Assembly: GCA_965113315.1 (NCBI GenBank)
Contig: OZ220376.1
DNA from: Podarcis vaucheri
Taxonomy: Eukaryota
Length of the DNA stretch: 64,000 nt
Strand: one strand, 5' to 3'
Shown here: in pieces, positions 37,134 through 52,232 of the stretch
Layout of the letters: every line of letters starts with the position of its first letter
How positions within the stretch are numbered: position 1 is the stretch's first letter
Notes under the pieces: model-generated
Seen by the model: only the letters and a program-made list of their open reading frames with translations
Databases searched by the model: none
Told to the model about the DNA's origin: nothing
Program-made: the position numbers and the translations under genes

Positions 37134-37230
37134 CTGTGGCTCAGACTCTTCCCCTTCCAGCTCTTTGAATAGGTCTTCCGCACCGAACTTCAAGATGGCC
37201 GTCAGCTCCTCTTTGTTGAAAGGGTTTGTG
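37134..37230 (-). CDS. CHD2: CHD2 exon 23 equivalent
   Basis: [32 protein letters not shown]. Confidence 0.96.
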
Positions 37231-37375
37231 CTGCAAGGGAACAAGAAGGAAGTGGACGTTGGACCTACTGGAGGGCAGTGTCTCAAGGAAGGCTGATATA
37301 CACCCAAGAGAGACTAGTTAGTTTAGATCTATAGTCCTCAAGAGAACCTGTCCCCATCCTTCCTCATCTCCCTTA

Positions 37376-37573
<198 letters not shown>

Positions 37574-38430
37574 TCAGATCACGGTTCCTCTCTTACCCCA
37601 GAGCATGAAAGCCAAAAGCTTTTCTTTCTCCCGTAAACGCAGCATCTTTTTAACTGAAGATGACAAAGACTGAACCTGAGGGGTCCTTCTGTTTGATGAG
37701 CTACTACTTTGCCCCCGACTCCTGCCCTGCAAGCCAGAGGAGCTTGAAGGAGGTGCCACAGCTAAACAGCTTAGAGGTTTTGTTTCCACTTAATGCCTTA
37801 GAGCTCTATATGACTGTGGCTGCTTCTAAAGTAGAGGTCTGAACTGTGGAATTACCTCTCTACAAAGGCTCCCATCTGCACCATACATTTAAACCACTAT
37901 GATACCACTTTAAATGGTCATGGCTTCCCTCAAAGTATTTGGTAAGGGTGCCGAGAGTAGTTGGGAGACCCCCTATTCCAGGCATGGCCAAACTTGGCCC
38001 TCCAGCTGTTTTGGGACTACAACTACCATCATCCCTACCTAACAATTTTTTAATTGGTCTTCATGTTGTTTTTAAAAATCAATAAAAAACTTCTCCTCCA
38101 TGAATCTGTCCGATCCTCTTTTAAACTTTTAGATGTTTGCCGCCCTGGGCACCGTTGGGAGAAAGGACAGGACAGAAATTCAATAATAACAATGAATAAC
38201 AGCATCTTATTAAGCCTCTAAGAAAAATAGCAAATAGGATTCCATGACTGAAAAGGGCAGAAAATACCCCTTTCTCCTGGTGTTACCTCAAATCCTATCT
38301 TTCCGTCTCCCTCTCCACCTACGGAACGAAGAAAGCAACTGGCACAGAACTAAGAGGTAACTGTCATGTCCGAAGAAAAACAACCCAGGAAAACGGCCTG
38401 CAGGAACTTTGTGGGCGTTCCAGAATCTTA

Positions 38431-38772
<342 letters not shown>

Positions 38773-38909
38773 CTAGAGGGCAGATTTATGCACAGAGATG
38801 TTTCTGAAAAAGAGATCTGGCTGGCTAGCAAGGGACAAAGCTTGGATAGAAAGGAAAAGTTTCAATCCCCCCAAAAAATCTTTGCAGAATGTTTGCAACA
38901 ATATCCCCT

Positions 38910-39275
38910 TTCTTTTTTTCTTCCTTTTAATTTTTTTTATTCAGTTTTACAATATACATTTGAATTTAAACATTAATCATAATCACATAGTAGTCCCTGA
39001 ACTCTTAGGCTTCCCTCCACACGCGTCTCCATGGTTTCCATTGTCAAACTTTTTTTTATTGCATCTTATAGTTTCTCCATTTATCTTAAAAATCCATTTT
39101 TACCTTAGTTTTTCATACATTACAAGTGTTACTATAATCCTGCCAAAGTTTTTAGTCATTTACAGTGTTTTCTTTGATAACTTATAAATTGTCCCCATTC
39201 CTTGTTAAAGTTTCTGTCTTCCTGGTTTCTGATATTCCCGGTCATTTTCGCCATTTTGGTGTAATCCACCATCTT
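38910..39275 (-). mobile_element. L1-type LINE 3' end fragment
   Basis: Minus strand MVDYTKMAKMTGNIRNQEDRNFNKEWGQF, then an A-rich tail. Confidence 0.6.
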
Positions 39276-39349
39276 TATCAGCGACGAATGGCTGATAAAG
39301 ATGATAAATATGATATCCCCTTTCTTGTGGTACTCGCTGCCTCCCCTCA

Positions 39350-39502
<153 letters not shown>

Positions 39503-40061
39503 TCAAAGGACACTGGTGGAATCACTGCTTTTACACACCTACACACACTCACACAAAAACAATACCCTGGGTATTGCTGCAGCGGATGGTTCAGAAACTC
39601 AAATCCCTGTCCAGCTTCTACCAGCTTGGAGCAAGGCAACACTTTAAAAATAACACTGATTAAAAATAACCTTGTTGCCACAGGGGACGGTGCCCGGGAA
39701 GCCTCAATAGGCACCAGGTGACTCCACAGCTCCCATTACAAGCCCTGAGCCAGGAACTGCTTGTGGAAGCGCTTATTTAAAAAAAAATACATGAGGAGGC
39801 ATGAGACACAAGAGGCCACGTGGAAAGAGCAAAGCTCAGCGGCAGATTTCCATGCAGAGGGTCCCATAAGGATGTAAGAAGAGCCTGGTGGATCAGGCCA
39901 GTGGCCCATCTAGTCCAGCATCCTGTTCTCACAGCGGCCAACCAGGTGGCTGTGGGAAGCAGGACCCAAGGCCAAGAGAACTCTCCGCCCTGTGGCTTCT
40001 GGTATTCAGAAGCATTCCTGCCTCTGACCATGGAAGCAGAGCACAGCCCTTGCGATTAGTA

Positions 40062-40258
40062 AAAAAATTCCTTCCAGTAGCACCTTAAAGACCAACTAAG
40101 TTAGTTCTTGGTATGAGCTTTCGTGTGCATGCACACTTCTTCAGATGCATGCACACGAAAGCTCATACCAAGAACTAACTTAGTTGGTCTTTAAGGTGCT
40201 ACTGAAAGGAATTTTTTTATTTTGACTATGGCAGACCAACACAGCTACCTATCTGTAA
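40062..40258. mobile_element. Penelope-like inverted terminal fragment with hammerhead core
   Basis: 73-bp inverted arms plus tail ...GACCAACACAGCTACC; 13-bp TSD CTTGCGATTAGTA. Confidence 0.8.
40111..40148 (-). ncRNA. Minimal type I hammerhead ribozyme motif
   Basis: Minus strand reads GCAU-CUGAAGA-A-GUGUGC-AU-GCACAC-GAAA-GCUC-AUAC. Confidence 0.6.
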
Positions 40259-40571
40259 CTTGCGATTAGTAGTCATTGATAGCCTTCTCCTCCATGCATT
40301 TGTCCAATCCTCTTTTAAAGCCATCTGATCACTGCCTCCAGTGGGAGTGAGTTCCATAGTTTAACGATGCGCTGCATGAAGAATGACTTTCTTCTATGCA
40401 CCCTGAATATTCCAACATTCAGCTTCACTGGATGAAGTCCCAGGCCAAACCAGCAAATGTCTCCAGTTAAAAAGTACTTTTGCCGGGCTGAGATGTGCCC
40501 CCTGAACACCATAAGGACTAGAAACTTGCTTGCTTCGAAATAAAAGCAGAGATTCTCAGGAAACCGAACTA

Positions 40572-41127
40572 CCGTATTTTTCGCCCTATAGGACGCACTT
40601 TTCTCCCTCCAAAAATGAAGGGGAAATGTGTGTGCGTCCTATGGGGCGAATGCAGGCTTTCGCTGAAGCCTGGAGAGCGAGAGGCGTTGGTGCGCACCGA
40701 CCCCTCTCGCTCTCCAGGCTTCAGGAAGCTCTGCGCAAGCCGCGGGAGCCCTCCCCCGGCTTGCGCGGAGCTGCCTCTTATCCCGAAGCCCCGGCGCGCT
40801 CAGCAGTCGCGCCGGGGCTTCGGATAGCTCCACGCAAGCCAGGGGAGGTCTCCCGCGGCTTGTGCGGAGCTGCCTCTTATGCCGAAGCCCCGGCGCACTC
40901 AGCAGTCGCGCCGGGGCTTCGGATAGCTCCACGCAAGCCAGGGGAGGTCTCCCGCGGCTTGCGCGGAGCTGCCTTTTCTGGGGGCTGGGGTCGGGGGAAG
41001 CTCGGGCTTCCCCCGCCCCAGCCCTGCGCGTGGGGGGGGGGGGAATAAAAATATTTTTCTTTATTTCCCCCCAAAAAAACTAGGTGCACCTTATGGGCCG
41101 GTGCGTCCTATGGGGCGCAAAATACGG
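40572..41127. mobile_element. pogo/Tc2-like non-autonomous DNA transposon
   Basis: TA TSD, 27-bp TIRs CCGTATTTTTCGCCCTATAGGACGCAC with 2 mismatches, CpG-rich interior with a 99-bp tandem repeat. Confidence 0.85.
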
Positions 41128-41319
41128 TACACTGTCTCTGTATGCCCACAGTATCTTAACATCAGAGGGAAGTCCTCTGCAGACCTATGTGTGATGCATA
41201 AGGAGTACATGGGTTCTTTGGGGAGGAAGGGTGGGGTATAAATTCAATAATAAAAATACAAAATGCATCATCCCCTCCTTTTCTTCCCAGGCACCTTTGG
41301 TTTCCACATCTGAAGCTTA

Positions 41320-41544
<225 letters not shown>

Positions 41545-42615
41545 TCATTTGCAAATGGCGCTTCCAACCTGGACTGAACCCTACAAATCAGGAAGATCCC
41601 TCATTTGAATCTCGCCTAGTCAGCCATGAACTAACATGGGGGGATTCAGGCAAGCCGATCTGTCTTAGCCTCAGTGTCTCCATCTGTAATATGGGTGACA
41701 ATGCTGCTGGCTTAGCTTACAGCAGGGGTGGAGAACTTAAGAGCCAGGAGCCAAGTATGGCCCTTAGGACTCGCCCCAGGCCACAGACCTCACATATCCT
41801 GCTCAAGTACTTCTGCATGGCCGGAAAGAATTCTTGCATTGTGATTCTGCTTGCCTGGGTGAAGAAATTAGGTGTGAGGAAACCTCTGGGTCGTGTGGGG
41901 CTACTGGAATGTAGCCTAAAACAGAGCCTTACGGAGCTCTCCCATGGATTACAGCTAGACTATGCATGTGAAGGATTTCAAACACTTAAAACTGCTATAC
42001 AGATGTTACACATCTGTACACATTTAACACAGAAGATGTCCAGAAGCAGTGTGCAACAGGGAGCATAAAAAGGGCCTACTGGATCAGGCCAATGGGCCAC
42101 TTAGTCCAGCATCCTGTTTTCAGATTGCCTGTGGGAAACAGTCAACCAGGATTCAAGCACAGGAGCACTCTCCCCCCCCCCCCCCCGGTAAGAAGCATGA
42201 CTTCCGAGCATAGCCGCTATGGCTAGTACCACTAATAAGTCTACTCCTCCATGGATTTGCCCAGTCCTCTTTTAAAGCCATCCAAGTTGGTGACCATCCT
42301 ATGGGAGGGAGTTCCAGAGTTTAACTATATGCTGCATATTGTATAAACGTCTATCATGTTGCCTCTTACTTGTCTTTAAGCTGGAGGGAAAAAAGTCTCA
42401 AATGTGGCAATCTTTCCTCATGGTGGAAAGCTGCTCCATACTCTTGACCGTTTGGTTTGCCCTTTTCTGACCCTTCTCCAACTCTGCAAGACCTTGCTGA
42501 AGTGAAGCAGCTGCGCAGCATTCTGAATGCAGCCGCACCACAGGCTTATGTAGCCAGCACATGGGCCAATGTGCTCCCTCCTTGCTGTCCCCCTCCCTCC
42601 CTCCACATTACCCAC

Positions 42616-42778
42616 CAGCAGCAGCTCCTGCCTGTTCTCCCTCTCATTCTCCTCGGGGGCCTTGATCAGATAGCAGTGGTTGCAACACTTCTTCAGCTCC
42701 ATCACGATGTTCAGGAAGCCGGACGTGCTCCCGCGAGTGCCTTTAGAGAGCGCTCTGTAGTTGCGTGTTAAAATCCAC
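42616..42778 (-). CDS. CHD2: CHD2 exon 18 equivalent
   Basis: [39 protein letters not shown]...QELLL. Confidence 0.95.
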
Positions 42779-43899
42779 CTGCAGAGCAAGCCGGGAACGG
42801 GGCGTCAGGAGACATGAACTCCCAGTTGTGTTAGTTCCAAGGCTGGCCAGCAAGGGGACTTGGGGAGACGGTCCTAACCAAGTGGACGTGCTGCGAGTTC
42901 ACAGAGACCGAGCACAAGGGAAGTAAGGAATCCATATGTGAGCATGGGTCCTGAATCCAGCCGCAATTGTAGCAATCATGCTCAAAGCAAAGGTATCACC
43001 AGGACGTTTGCAAAAGTACAAAAGATAATATTTAGGAGGCAAACCCTCAAGGTATTTGAGGTGGGGGGAGGGACCCTCCAAATGAGAACTATGAAAACAG
43101 AGAAAGTGCCACGAGCACAGAAATTTGATGAGCTGTTGGGAGGATAAAAAGGGGGCAGGGGAGAAGGGAATGGAGTATCCTGGAAGAGGGTGTGGCTGAC
43201 CGGGCAAACTCCATACTGCAACATTTTGCTGCAGATTTCACTTATAACTATGAAAGGTGTTCCCTGCTTCCTAATGGTCCTGGAATTTAAGGACATCCAC
43301 AATGCAGCTTTTGCCACTTGCAATTTAAACAGCCTGACGTTACACAAACCCCGTGTCTTCCAGAAAGCGGAGGGACTCATTGGTTCTGAATTAAAACTTG
43401 GAGGCCACTTGTAAAGCTGAAAGGGTGTTTGTGTTTCTGTCAACCTGCTGCCCTACAGACAGTTTGAACCACAGGTGGCTGAAGCTGGTGGAACTTGTGG
43501 CCCAAACATCTGGAGGGTGACCAGGCTGATGCCAGGAGCAAAAACTACTACTACTATTGGAGGAACCTGGCTCCTGGGCTCTTATACGAGTCACTGGCCT
43601 GGATAGGACTCTGGCAGTGACTCATGCAGAGATGCAAGAGAGAACCTCCTGTGGGTAGCTAATGTTACTCTATCTTTTCATCAGGAGGGAAACAAATACT
43701 CCAAATCACATGCAAAGATGGGGAAAGGATAAATCACACAGAGATACATCAGGCAACCTCTTCAGGTTGTGGGGTGATATTGGGGTTCACAGGGGCCTTT
43801 ATCTAATAATCTTATTCCCCATGGTGCACTGAGGTGTACTGAGAATCTTTCTTGCAGCACAGCCTCTGGGAAGTCCTGGCCATGACACCAGACACCTAC

Positions 43900-44088
43900 T
43901 TGTAATACTGTTTCTGCAAGGCAGACATCTCCACCCGCAGGATCTGTTCCACTTTGGCAGGGAGGGACTTCTCCACGTCCTTCTTCACTCTGCGCAGGAG
44001 GAACGGCTCCAATACTTTGTGGAGGCTCTGGTAGCCATTCTCGCGCCCTTTCCCATGGTCGTCTTCAAAATCTTCCCACAACTCAAAC
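43900..44088 (-). CDS. CHD2: CHD2 exon 17 equivalent
   Basis: [45 protein letters not shown]...QKQYYK. Confidence 0.97.
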
Positions 44089-44942
44089 CTGACAGTGAGA
44101 ACAGGGCACAAAAAAGGGACGGTGGAGATGAGCTGGCAGGACTCCCTCTTCCTCCTCTTTCTGACCCACCCACCCTCAAAAAATATCAAAGGCTACCCAA
44201 ATTCTGCGCTAGTTTGCAGGTTCAGAACAGAATTGCTTTCAAAACCATCTCTAGCAGATTCTCACTTTGTGTTGGCAAGGAAGGAAAGAGACTGCAGGGT
44301 GGAGATGAAAGTGGCAGGTGCTGGGCATTCTCCCAGAGTCTGCACACTCACATATGTGCACGCTCATACTCACAGGCACACACACTTGGATTCACACTCA
44401 CTTGGGCACATGCTCACACACACACCCAGGTCCATGCATGCACTCACACTCAGCCACAAACCCCTTTGCCATTTTCTGTGCTTGGATGAACTGGAGCTCT
44501 GTTGAGTACACTTGCATCTCTCTCTTTTTTATCTTATTCTCTATTTTTCTTCTGCTGCTAAACATGGGGGGCAGGGGGCAAGGAACTCTGTACAGAGCCC
44601 CCTGCCCGGTACGGAGCTCTCTGCCCAGCCACGTTAAAAGCTGCCACTGGCAATGTCCTTTCAAGCCAACTTTTGCTGCATTAAGGATTAGAAGCATGCA
44701 AGTTCACTTTTGACCTTAGGGTCTAGGAGCCCTTTCCAAAAAAGGAACAAAGGAAGGAAGGCTTAAGAGACTGCTCAGAAAACCCATCCTTGCACTTTTG
44801 GTGGCTCCCTCTGCAGTATCTCATAACACACACATACCCCCACAGCTTCTTCCAAACTCTCATGCTCCCACCGCTCTGCGCCCTTTGTGCTCCATTTGCC
44901 CTGGAGGCAGGTGTAACTTCTGATGCATAGTAAGGAGGCTTA

Positions 44943-45134
<192 letters not shown>

Positions 45135-46364
45135 CTAGAGCAACACATCAACAAGGTCTTTTTCAAACCTGCTAGCTCTTCCAGCAAGCTCTTTTCTACA
45201 TCTGCCAAAGGAACTCTGCACACTGGCCCCCCAGAAAATCGCAGGCCCCGTCTCCATTTAAAGCACTATGATACCACTTTAAACAGCCACAGCTTCCCCC
45301 AAAGAATCATGGGAGCTGTAGTTCGTGCTGAGAATTGTTAGGCAACCCCTACTATCCTCACAGAGCTACAATTCCCAGAACGGTTTAACCATCAGTCACT
45401 CTTCCCAGGAAACTCTTGAGAACTGTAGCTCTGAGAGGACCAGGGGTCTCCTAACAACTCTCAGCACCCTTAACAGACTACAGTTCCCAGGGTGCTTTGG
45501 GGGGGGGAGTCCTGAATGTTTAAAGGGATAGGATACTGCTTTATAATGCAGGTGGGGCCAGAGTGTGTTGCAGAGGATTCTGGGGAAAGTTCTAGGCTAC
45601 ACACTCTGCCCACATACCAACAGCAGTTCTATCTTGCTCTGAATTATCTACTCTGACTGGTAGCAGCTCCTTGTAGTCTTGGGCAGAAGGAGAACTTTCC
45701 CATCCCTGGCAACCAGCTTGTATTTTTAACTGGAAATACCAGGAATTGAACAGGGGGTTTTCTGCACGTAACTCATCTGCTGTGCTGCTGAGACCTGGCC
45801 CCCTTCCTATTACAGGAAAGCTGGATACCCTCAAGCACATGAGAACTCTCTCCCCTTCCAGCATATTCAGAACTGTACTGCCTCTGACGGTAGCAGCAGA
45901 GCAGAGCCGAGCCATTGTGGCTAGCTGCCTTATCCTCCATGTCTGAATGGCAACTTCAGAGCAGGGCAAAACTTAAGTGCTGTGTCTCTGGGAGCAAGGA
46001 GGAGATCTATAGCTACCTCATGGTGCCTTGAGGGACACAAAGCAAGCAAGCAAGCAAGCCACTTTTTACAGAGGGTACTTGCCCCCCCCCAAGTATTGCA
46101 ACCCAGGAAGGAGCTGCATGGAGAGAAGGAGGCTGTGCTAACAAATCAGAGTCCCTTGTGGCCCGGAAGACCCAGGTTAAAATCCTTGCTCCGCAATTCA
46201 TTTAACATGCCCTGTTTTTAAGCTGAAGATGTACCATTGAACCCAGACGTTTTGCAAGAGGAGAGCCAATGAAAACAAGGAGAAGGTTCTTGTCACCAGT
46301 GGTCTGAAGGAGTGCCCATTTCCAAAGAGAAAGACAACAGCCCTGCCCTCGCCTACGCAATCAC

Positions 46365-46454
46365 CTTGTCCTTCAGGAGAATCTCGTATGTTGTGATGAG
46401 CACGTTGAACTTCAACCGCTTGGTCTGAGCGTGGATCCACTCATACTCACGGAT
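46365..46454 (-). CDS. CHD2: CHD2 exon 15 equivalent
   Basis: [30 protein letters not shown]. Confidence 0.96.
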
Positions 46455-46620
46455 CTGAGGAGGAGGCAAAAGTTCAGGCATGAGCTTCATCTGCAAGGCA
46501 CGTTCTTAGATGGGGGTCTTTCCTAGCTCTACCCAGAGAGGCCAAGAATTGGACCTGGGACCTTCTACATGCAAAGCAGCTGCTCCATCCGTGTGAAAGG
46601 AAAGCAGTGCTAGCCTGATA

Positions 46621-47098
46621 CCGAATTGGTCCGAATATAAGACACACTTTTTTCCTTCCAAATTCCAATCGTGAAGCTTAAATCCGTGACCTTACAAAAA
46701 CGGGCTTTTATGATATCACTCCTGAAGCAGATATACGGTAAAACGGAAGAAAAAAAATGTTTTACTGCCGGTTTGCGAGCTTGAGACTGTTGTGCAATTA
46801 ACCCGTAGGGTTTTCTTCTACATTTGCCATTTACAGGTGTGAGTGCCTGTGGAATTGTAGCAATTGAATAGCGATTTGCGATTTTAGAGATTGTACGATA
46901 GCCTTTGCGGGTTTGCAAGATCAAAGGCTTAAAATTGGCTCGGAGTTACAATTCTACCAACCACAGCAATTTTCAGCCTGTAACCCAATTTTAAGGGAGC
47001 GGCTTATATTCAGGTTGTTGTCTTTTTTTTCTTTTTCCCCCATGAATTTTAAAGGTGCAGCTTATTTGCGGGTGTGGCTTATATTCAGGCCAATACGG
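46621..47098. mobile_element. pogo/Tc2-like non-autonomous DNA transposon
   Basis: TA|CCGAATTGGTCCGAATATAAG...CTTATATTCAGGCCAATACGG|TA. Confidence 0.8.
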
Positions 47099-47353
47099 TA
47101 GTGAGGAAAACTAATGCAATATTCCCCACATTTGAATGCACGCCAAGATTTCTAGTGGGGTTTCAGCACTTTCTTACAAATAAGGAGAAAAGAGAAATAA
47201 TGATTGCACAGTCAATATAGGCTTGCCTTGGGAAGGAAGATTCAACATTCACTTTGCATTACTACTTCTTTAGAAAAGCCAAACACATTGACATGAAACA
47301 GTTTTTACAAAAGTAATTGTAACTGTTCAATGCACTGGCAGCCCAGTCCTTCA

Positions 47354-47701
<348 letters not shown>

Positions 47702-49084
47702 TCAATGCCCATGATTCACTGGTCAGCTCACATTTCCAACACATTTCTGGTATAAGCCAGAAAGTTTATGCTGCTTCTACATGCATGTCATCCTAATCAA
47801 AACATTGTCCTACTTATTTTTCTCTTTTAATTCAGATTTACCGTTTTTGTGGAAAATACAGAAAGGGTTTTTGTTTTGTTTTAACCCAACTCTGCAGAAA
47901 CATTTTGATGAGGACAACATTGTGTGGATACCACAAGAATCTTGCACATGTGAGTAGCAGCATAAAAGAATCCACAATAAATCCACCAACTGATTCCTAT
48001 TGACCAAGCCAATAGCCAAAGGAGCCATTTCTTGCTTTCCAGGAAAGGGAAAGTGGGAGGGAAGAGATTTTAGCAGGGTCCTGGTGAGGCTTCAAGACCT
48101 CCACAAAGTTATATTAAAGATTGCATTGCAAAAATGCAAAGTACCTTAAGAACATTCTTTTGGGAATAGTCTGAGTTTCTCATTAGATCAAAATAGTAGA
48201 AACAGTACATTAGTATTACAGATTTGGGGGAAGAGGGCATCTCCCTTTAAGAGCATGTCTCATGCTTACTTTTTTTAAAAAAAACCTTTTAACAACTATA
48301 TAATGTTGTCAGCACAGGTCAAAATCTCCTTCTAGTTCGTTTATTAATTGCTTTTTTTATCCAAACCATCCTGCAAAGAGCTCAGGAAACGGCAGACACT
48401 TCCCATCCACAACGATTATATCCAAAAAACATCAACTCTGCTCAGTGGGCAACTATTAAAAAAAAATAAAAATGGGCCCCAATTACTGAATATACAGAAG
48501 CAGTAGATTTTTCAGAAATGTACATGCTTCAGAAGAGTAATCGCAAAGGAAGCTGACTCTATCTAGCTCAGCATTTGTCTACACCAGGGGTGGGGGGGTC
48601 TTTTTTATCTGGAGGGCCACATTCCTTCATAGCTAACCTCCCAGGGGCCGCATGCCAGGGGCACAACAAAAGGTGAAGTTAAGTGGACCAAAGGCATGGA
48701 TATGAACACATTCCAAATCTGGGCTTCGGGCTGTAGCTCCGTGACAAAGCATTTGTTCTGCATGCAGAATGTTGCAAGTTCAATCCATGGCATTTTCAGA
48801 TAATGGCTGGGAAAGACATACACACACTGTTCTGAAACCCAGAGAGATGTTGCCAGTCAGTGTAGACAATGTTGAGCTAAATGGACCAAAGGTCTGACTT
48901 AGGATAAAGCAGCCCCCCTCTGTTCTGATGACAACAGAGGATGCCTGTGATTTGCAGGTGAACCACCACCAGCAGCCCAGGTTGAACAACACTGGGGAAA
49001 GCCAAGGAAAAGGGTTCCCAAAAAGCTTGACTTCACTCTCAAGTTCAAACCCGATCATCCCTCCAGCCAACTTCCTTTCACCTA

Positions 49085-49695
<611 letters not shown>

Positions 49696-49829
49696 CTGCC
49701 GCAAAGAGTGCATCACATAGTTTAAAGGTTCACCAAAATTTACGAAGGAAAGCATGTGGTTTTTCCAGCTGGCAACTGTCCACTGGAGAGAAATCAAAGA
49801 CCAGACAGGTAAAGGAAAAGCAGACGTAC

Positions 49830-50005
49830 CTTGCAATCCCGGGTGGGCATTGTTTTGGAGTTGTTCCTGCTGTTGAAGCTGTCAATGCAGTGCTGGAATT
49901 TTTTGCTTATCAAGCCCTCATCCTCCCAGCTGCAATCTGCGTACGAAAGCCCCATCCACTTGCAAAGGTATTCGGGATCGGTGGAGGAGGATTTGCGGTT
50001 GTGAG
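49830..50005 (-). CDS. CHD2: CHD2 exon 12 equivalent (chromodomain 2)
   Basis: [43 protein letters not shown]...TRDCK. Confidence 0.96.
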
Positions 50006-50141
50006 CTACAGGTGTTGAAACAAAACAACAAAACAGGAAAGGCCTGGTGTCATCTTCGACAGGTGCTACCCTACACGAGGCCCCTTCTGAAAAAACTGGC
50101 GCCGTTGTTTCAGTGAAGCCATTAAAAGCGTTAAAAGTTAC

Positions 50142-50186
50142 CTGGAAATTCAGACCCAGGGATTGCCGATTTGCTCGTCTTCACAG
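50142..50186 (-). CDS. CHD2: CHD2 exon 11 equivalent (45 nt)
   Basis: [15 protein letters not shown]; tgcag| and CAG|gtaact, phase 1/1. Confidence 0.88.
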
Positions 50187-50441
50187 CTGCATATCAAGAA
50201 CAGAACAGCACCAATAAATACAGCGATGTAGAACTGTGAAGACCATCAAAAGAATGTAAGAAGGGCCCTGAAGATGGATCAGGCCAAAGGAGGCCCAGCA
50301 CCCTGTCCTCACAGTGGCTAAAGGCATCCACTGGATGCTCAGAAGCAGGACTCTAGTGCAAGAGCACTCTCTCCCCACCTGCGACTCTGGTAACTAGAAT
50401 TCAGTGGCATACTTGGGGCGAACACAGAGCTCTGGACTCAC

Positions 50442-50542
50442 CAATCACTCTCTCCACTATCTGGTACTGTTTGTTCAACTCGGAAGCCAGCTCTTGCTGG
50501 CAGTTATAGTATTCCACATCTTCGGGAGTCACCTTTGCCAGC
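50442..50542 (-). CDS. CHD2: CHD2 exon 10 equivalent
   Basis: [33 protein letters not shown]. Confidence 0.96.
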
Positions 50543-51399
50543 CTGTGCAGGAAAGAGACAGATAAAGGCCCTTTGCAGAGTGAGTGCAGGTAAAAGCAGG
50601 GGGCTGCCCCGAGGTGCCCACAAAAGGTCTCCAAACAAAACTCCTCAAAAATCCACAATGTGAAAGAGACTGTTTGCTCTTCCTGCTCAGTTCCTGTTTG
50701 CACTGGCTCAAGTCTCTCTTACATTGAACACACACTCTTCAACGTGACTGTGTTTCTACTGGGTGCCAAAACTGAATGTACACCCTCTTTTCTATTCTAA
50801 ACAGAGAAGAGGAGTTTCTTTCAGTAAGAGCAGTGGCTGACAATAGGTGCCTTTCCTCCTCACCGATGAGTGTGTTTGATTTGGTAGTCTTGCACCATTT
50901 TGTATCCTTCTCTTTTTCTGCTCTTTCAGATGTGGCAGCCATCTTGTGTTATGCCACGGCTCCAAAGGAGACATGTTGCGTTATGCCACACCCCTACGGA
51001 AGCCACCTTGCATTGTGCCATGCCCTCAACGACAGCCATTTTGTGTTATGCCACACACCCCGTGGCTGCCATCTTGTGACTGGCGCCCATGGCACTTCCT
51101 TAAAACTCCAAATGTGGACATTGGCCCCAAAAGGTTGGCAACCCTTGAGAGCCAGAGCATCCGAGCGCTATCCTGCCCAAACTATTCCCTGTAGATTTTA
51201 AAGCCACTTGAAGAGCTGAAGCAGGTTTCAATCAAGAGCACCGTTCAGAGCCTGAATTTCATATCTGGAAGCGGGAGGAATATGACACCCACTTCAGGCG
51301 TGATAATGAGCTGATCCCACAATTCCTCCAAGGGAGCTCACAGTGACATGCAGGCTCCCTTGCCCTCCATTTTATCCTCAAGTAACACCCCTGTGAGAA

Positions 51400-51750
51400 G
51401 GGATGCGGGTGGCGCTGTGGGTTAAACCACAGAGCCTAGGACTTGCCGATCAGGTCGGTGGTTCGAATCCCCGTGATGGGGTGAGCTCCCGTTGCTCGGT
51501 CCCTGCTACTGCCAACCTAGCAGTTCGAAAGCACATCAAAGTGCAAGTAGATAAATAGGTACTGCTCCGGCAGGAAGGTAAACAGCGTTTCCGTGGGCTG
51601 CTCTGGTTCGCCAGAAGCGACTTAGTCATGCTGGCCACATGACCCGGAAGCTGTACGCCAGCTACCTCGGCCAATAAAGCGAGATGAGTGCTGCAACCCC
51701 AGAGTCGGTCATGACTGGACCTAATGGTCAGGGGTCCCTTTACTTTACCT
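51400..51750 (+). mobile_element. Sauria SINE nested in an older SINE
   Basis: GGGATGCGGGTGGCGCTGTGGGTTAAACC head, CCTTTAC tail; the host SINE halves flank it (about 51330-51880). Confidence 0.87.
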
Positions 51751-51965
51751 CTGTGAAGCTAAACTAAACTAAGGGATCGTGACTGGGCCAAGGTCACTCA
51801 GATAGCTTCACAGCCAAGTGGGGATTTGAACCCTGGTCTCCCAGGTCCTAGTCAAACATTCTAACCACTACACCAACATGGAAGTGGTGTGGGAGCTAGC
51901 TCAACGTGGCTAGGCCTGCATCCTGCTTCGTGCAAGTGTCCTTCCTAGGGAAGATGGCCCCTTTA

Positions 51966-52232
<267 letters not shown>

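Larger units (their letters stand above)
39865..40430. mobile_element. CR1-related repeat (host of the Penelope-like insertion)
   Basis: GGATCAGGCCAGTGGCCCATCTAGTCCAGCATCCTG motif, recurring near 21290, 42070, 50270, 62250 and 63720. Confidence 0.6.

Noticed and set aside
40530-41048. 172-aa repetitive ORF
   Set aside because: GC-rich tandem repeat within a DNA transposon; no transposase similarity visible.
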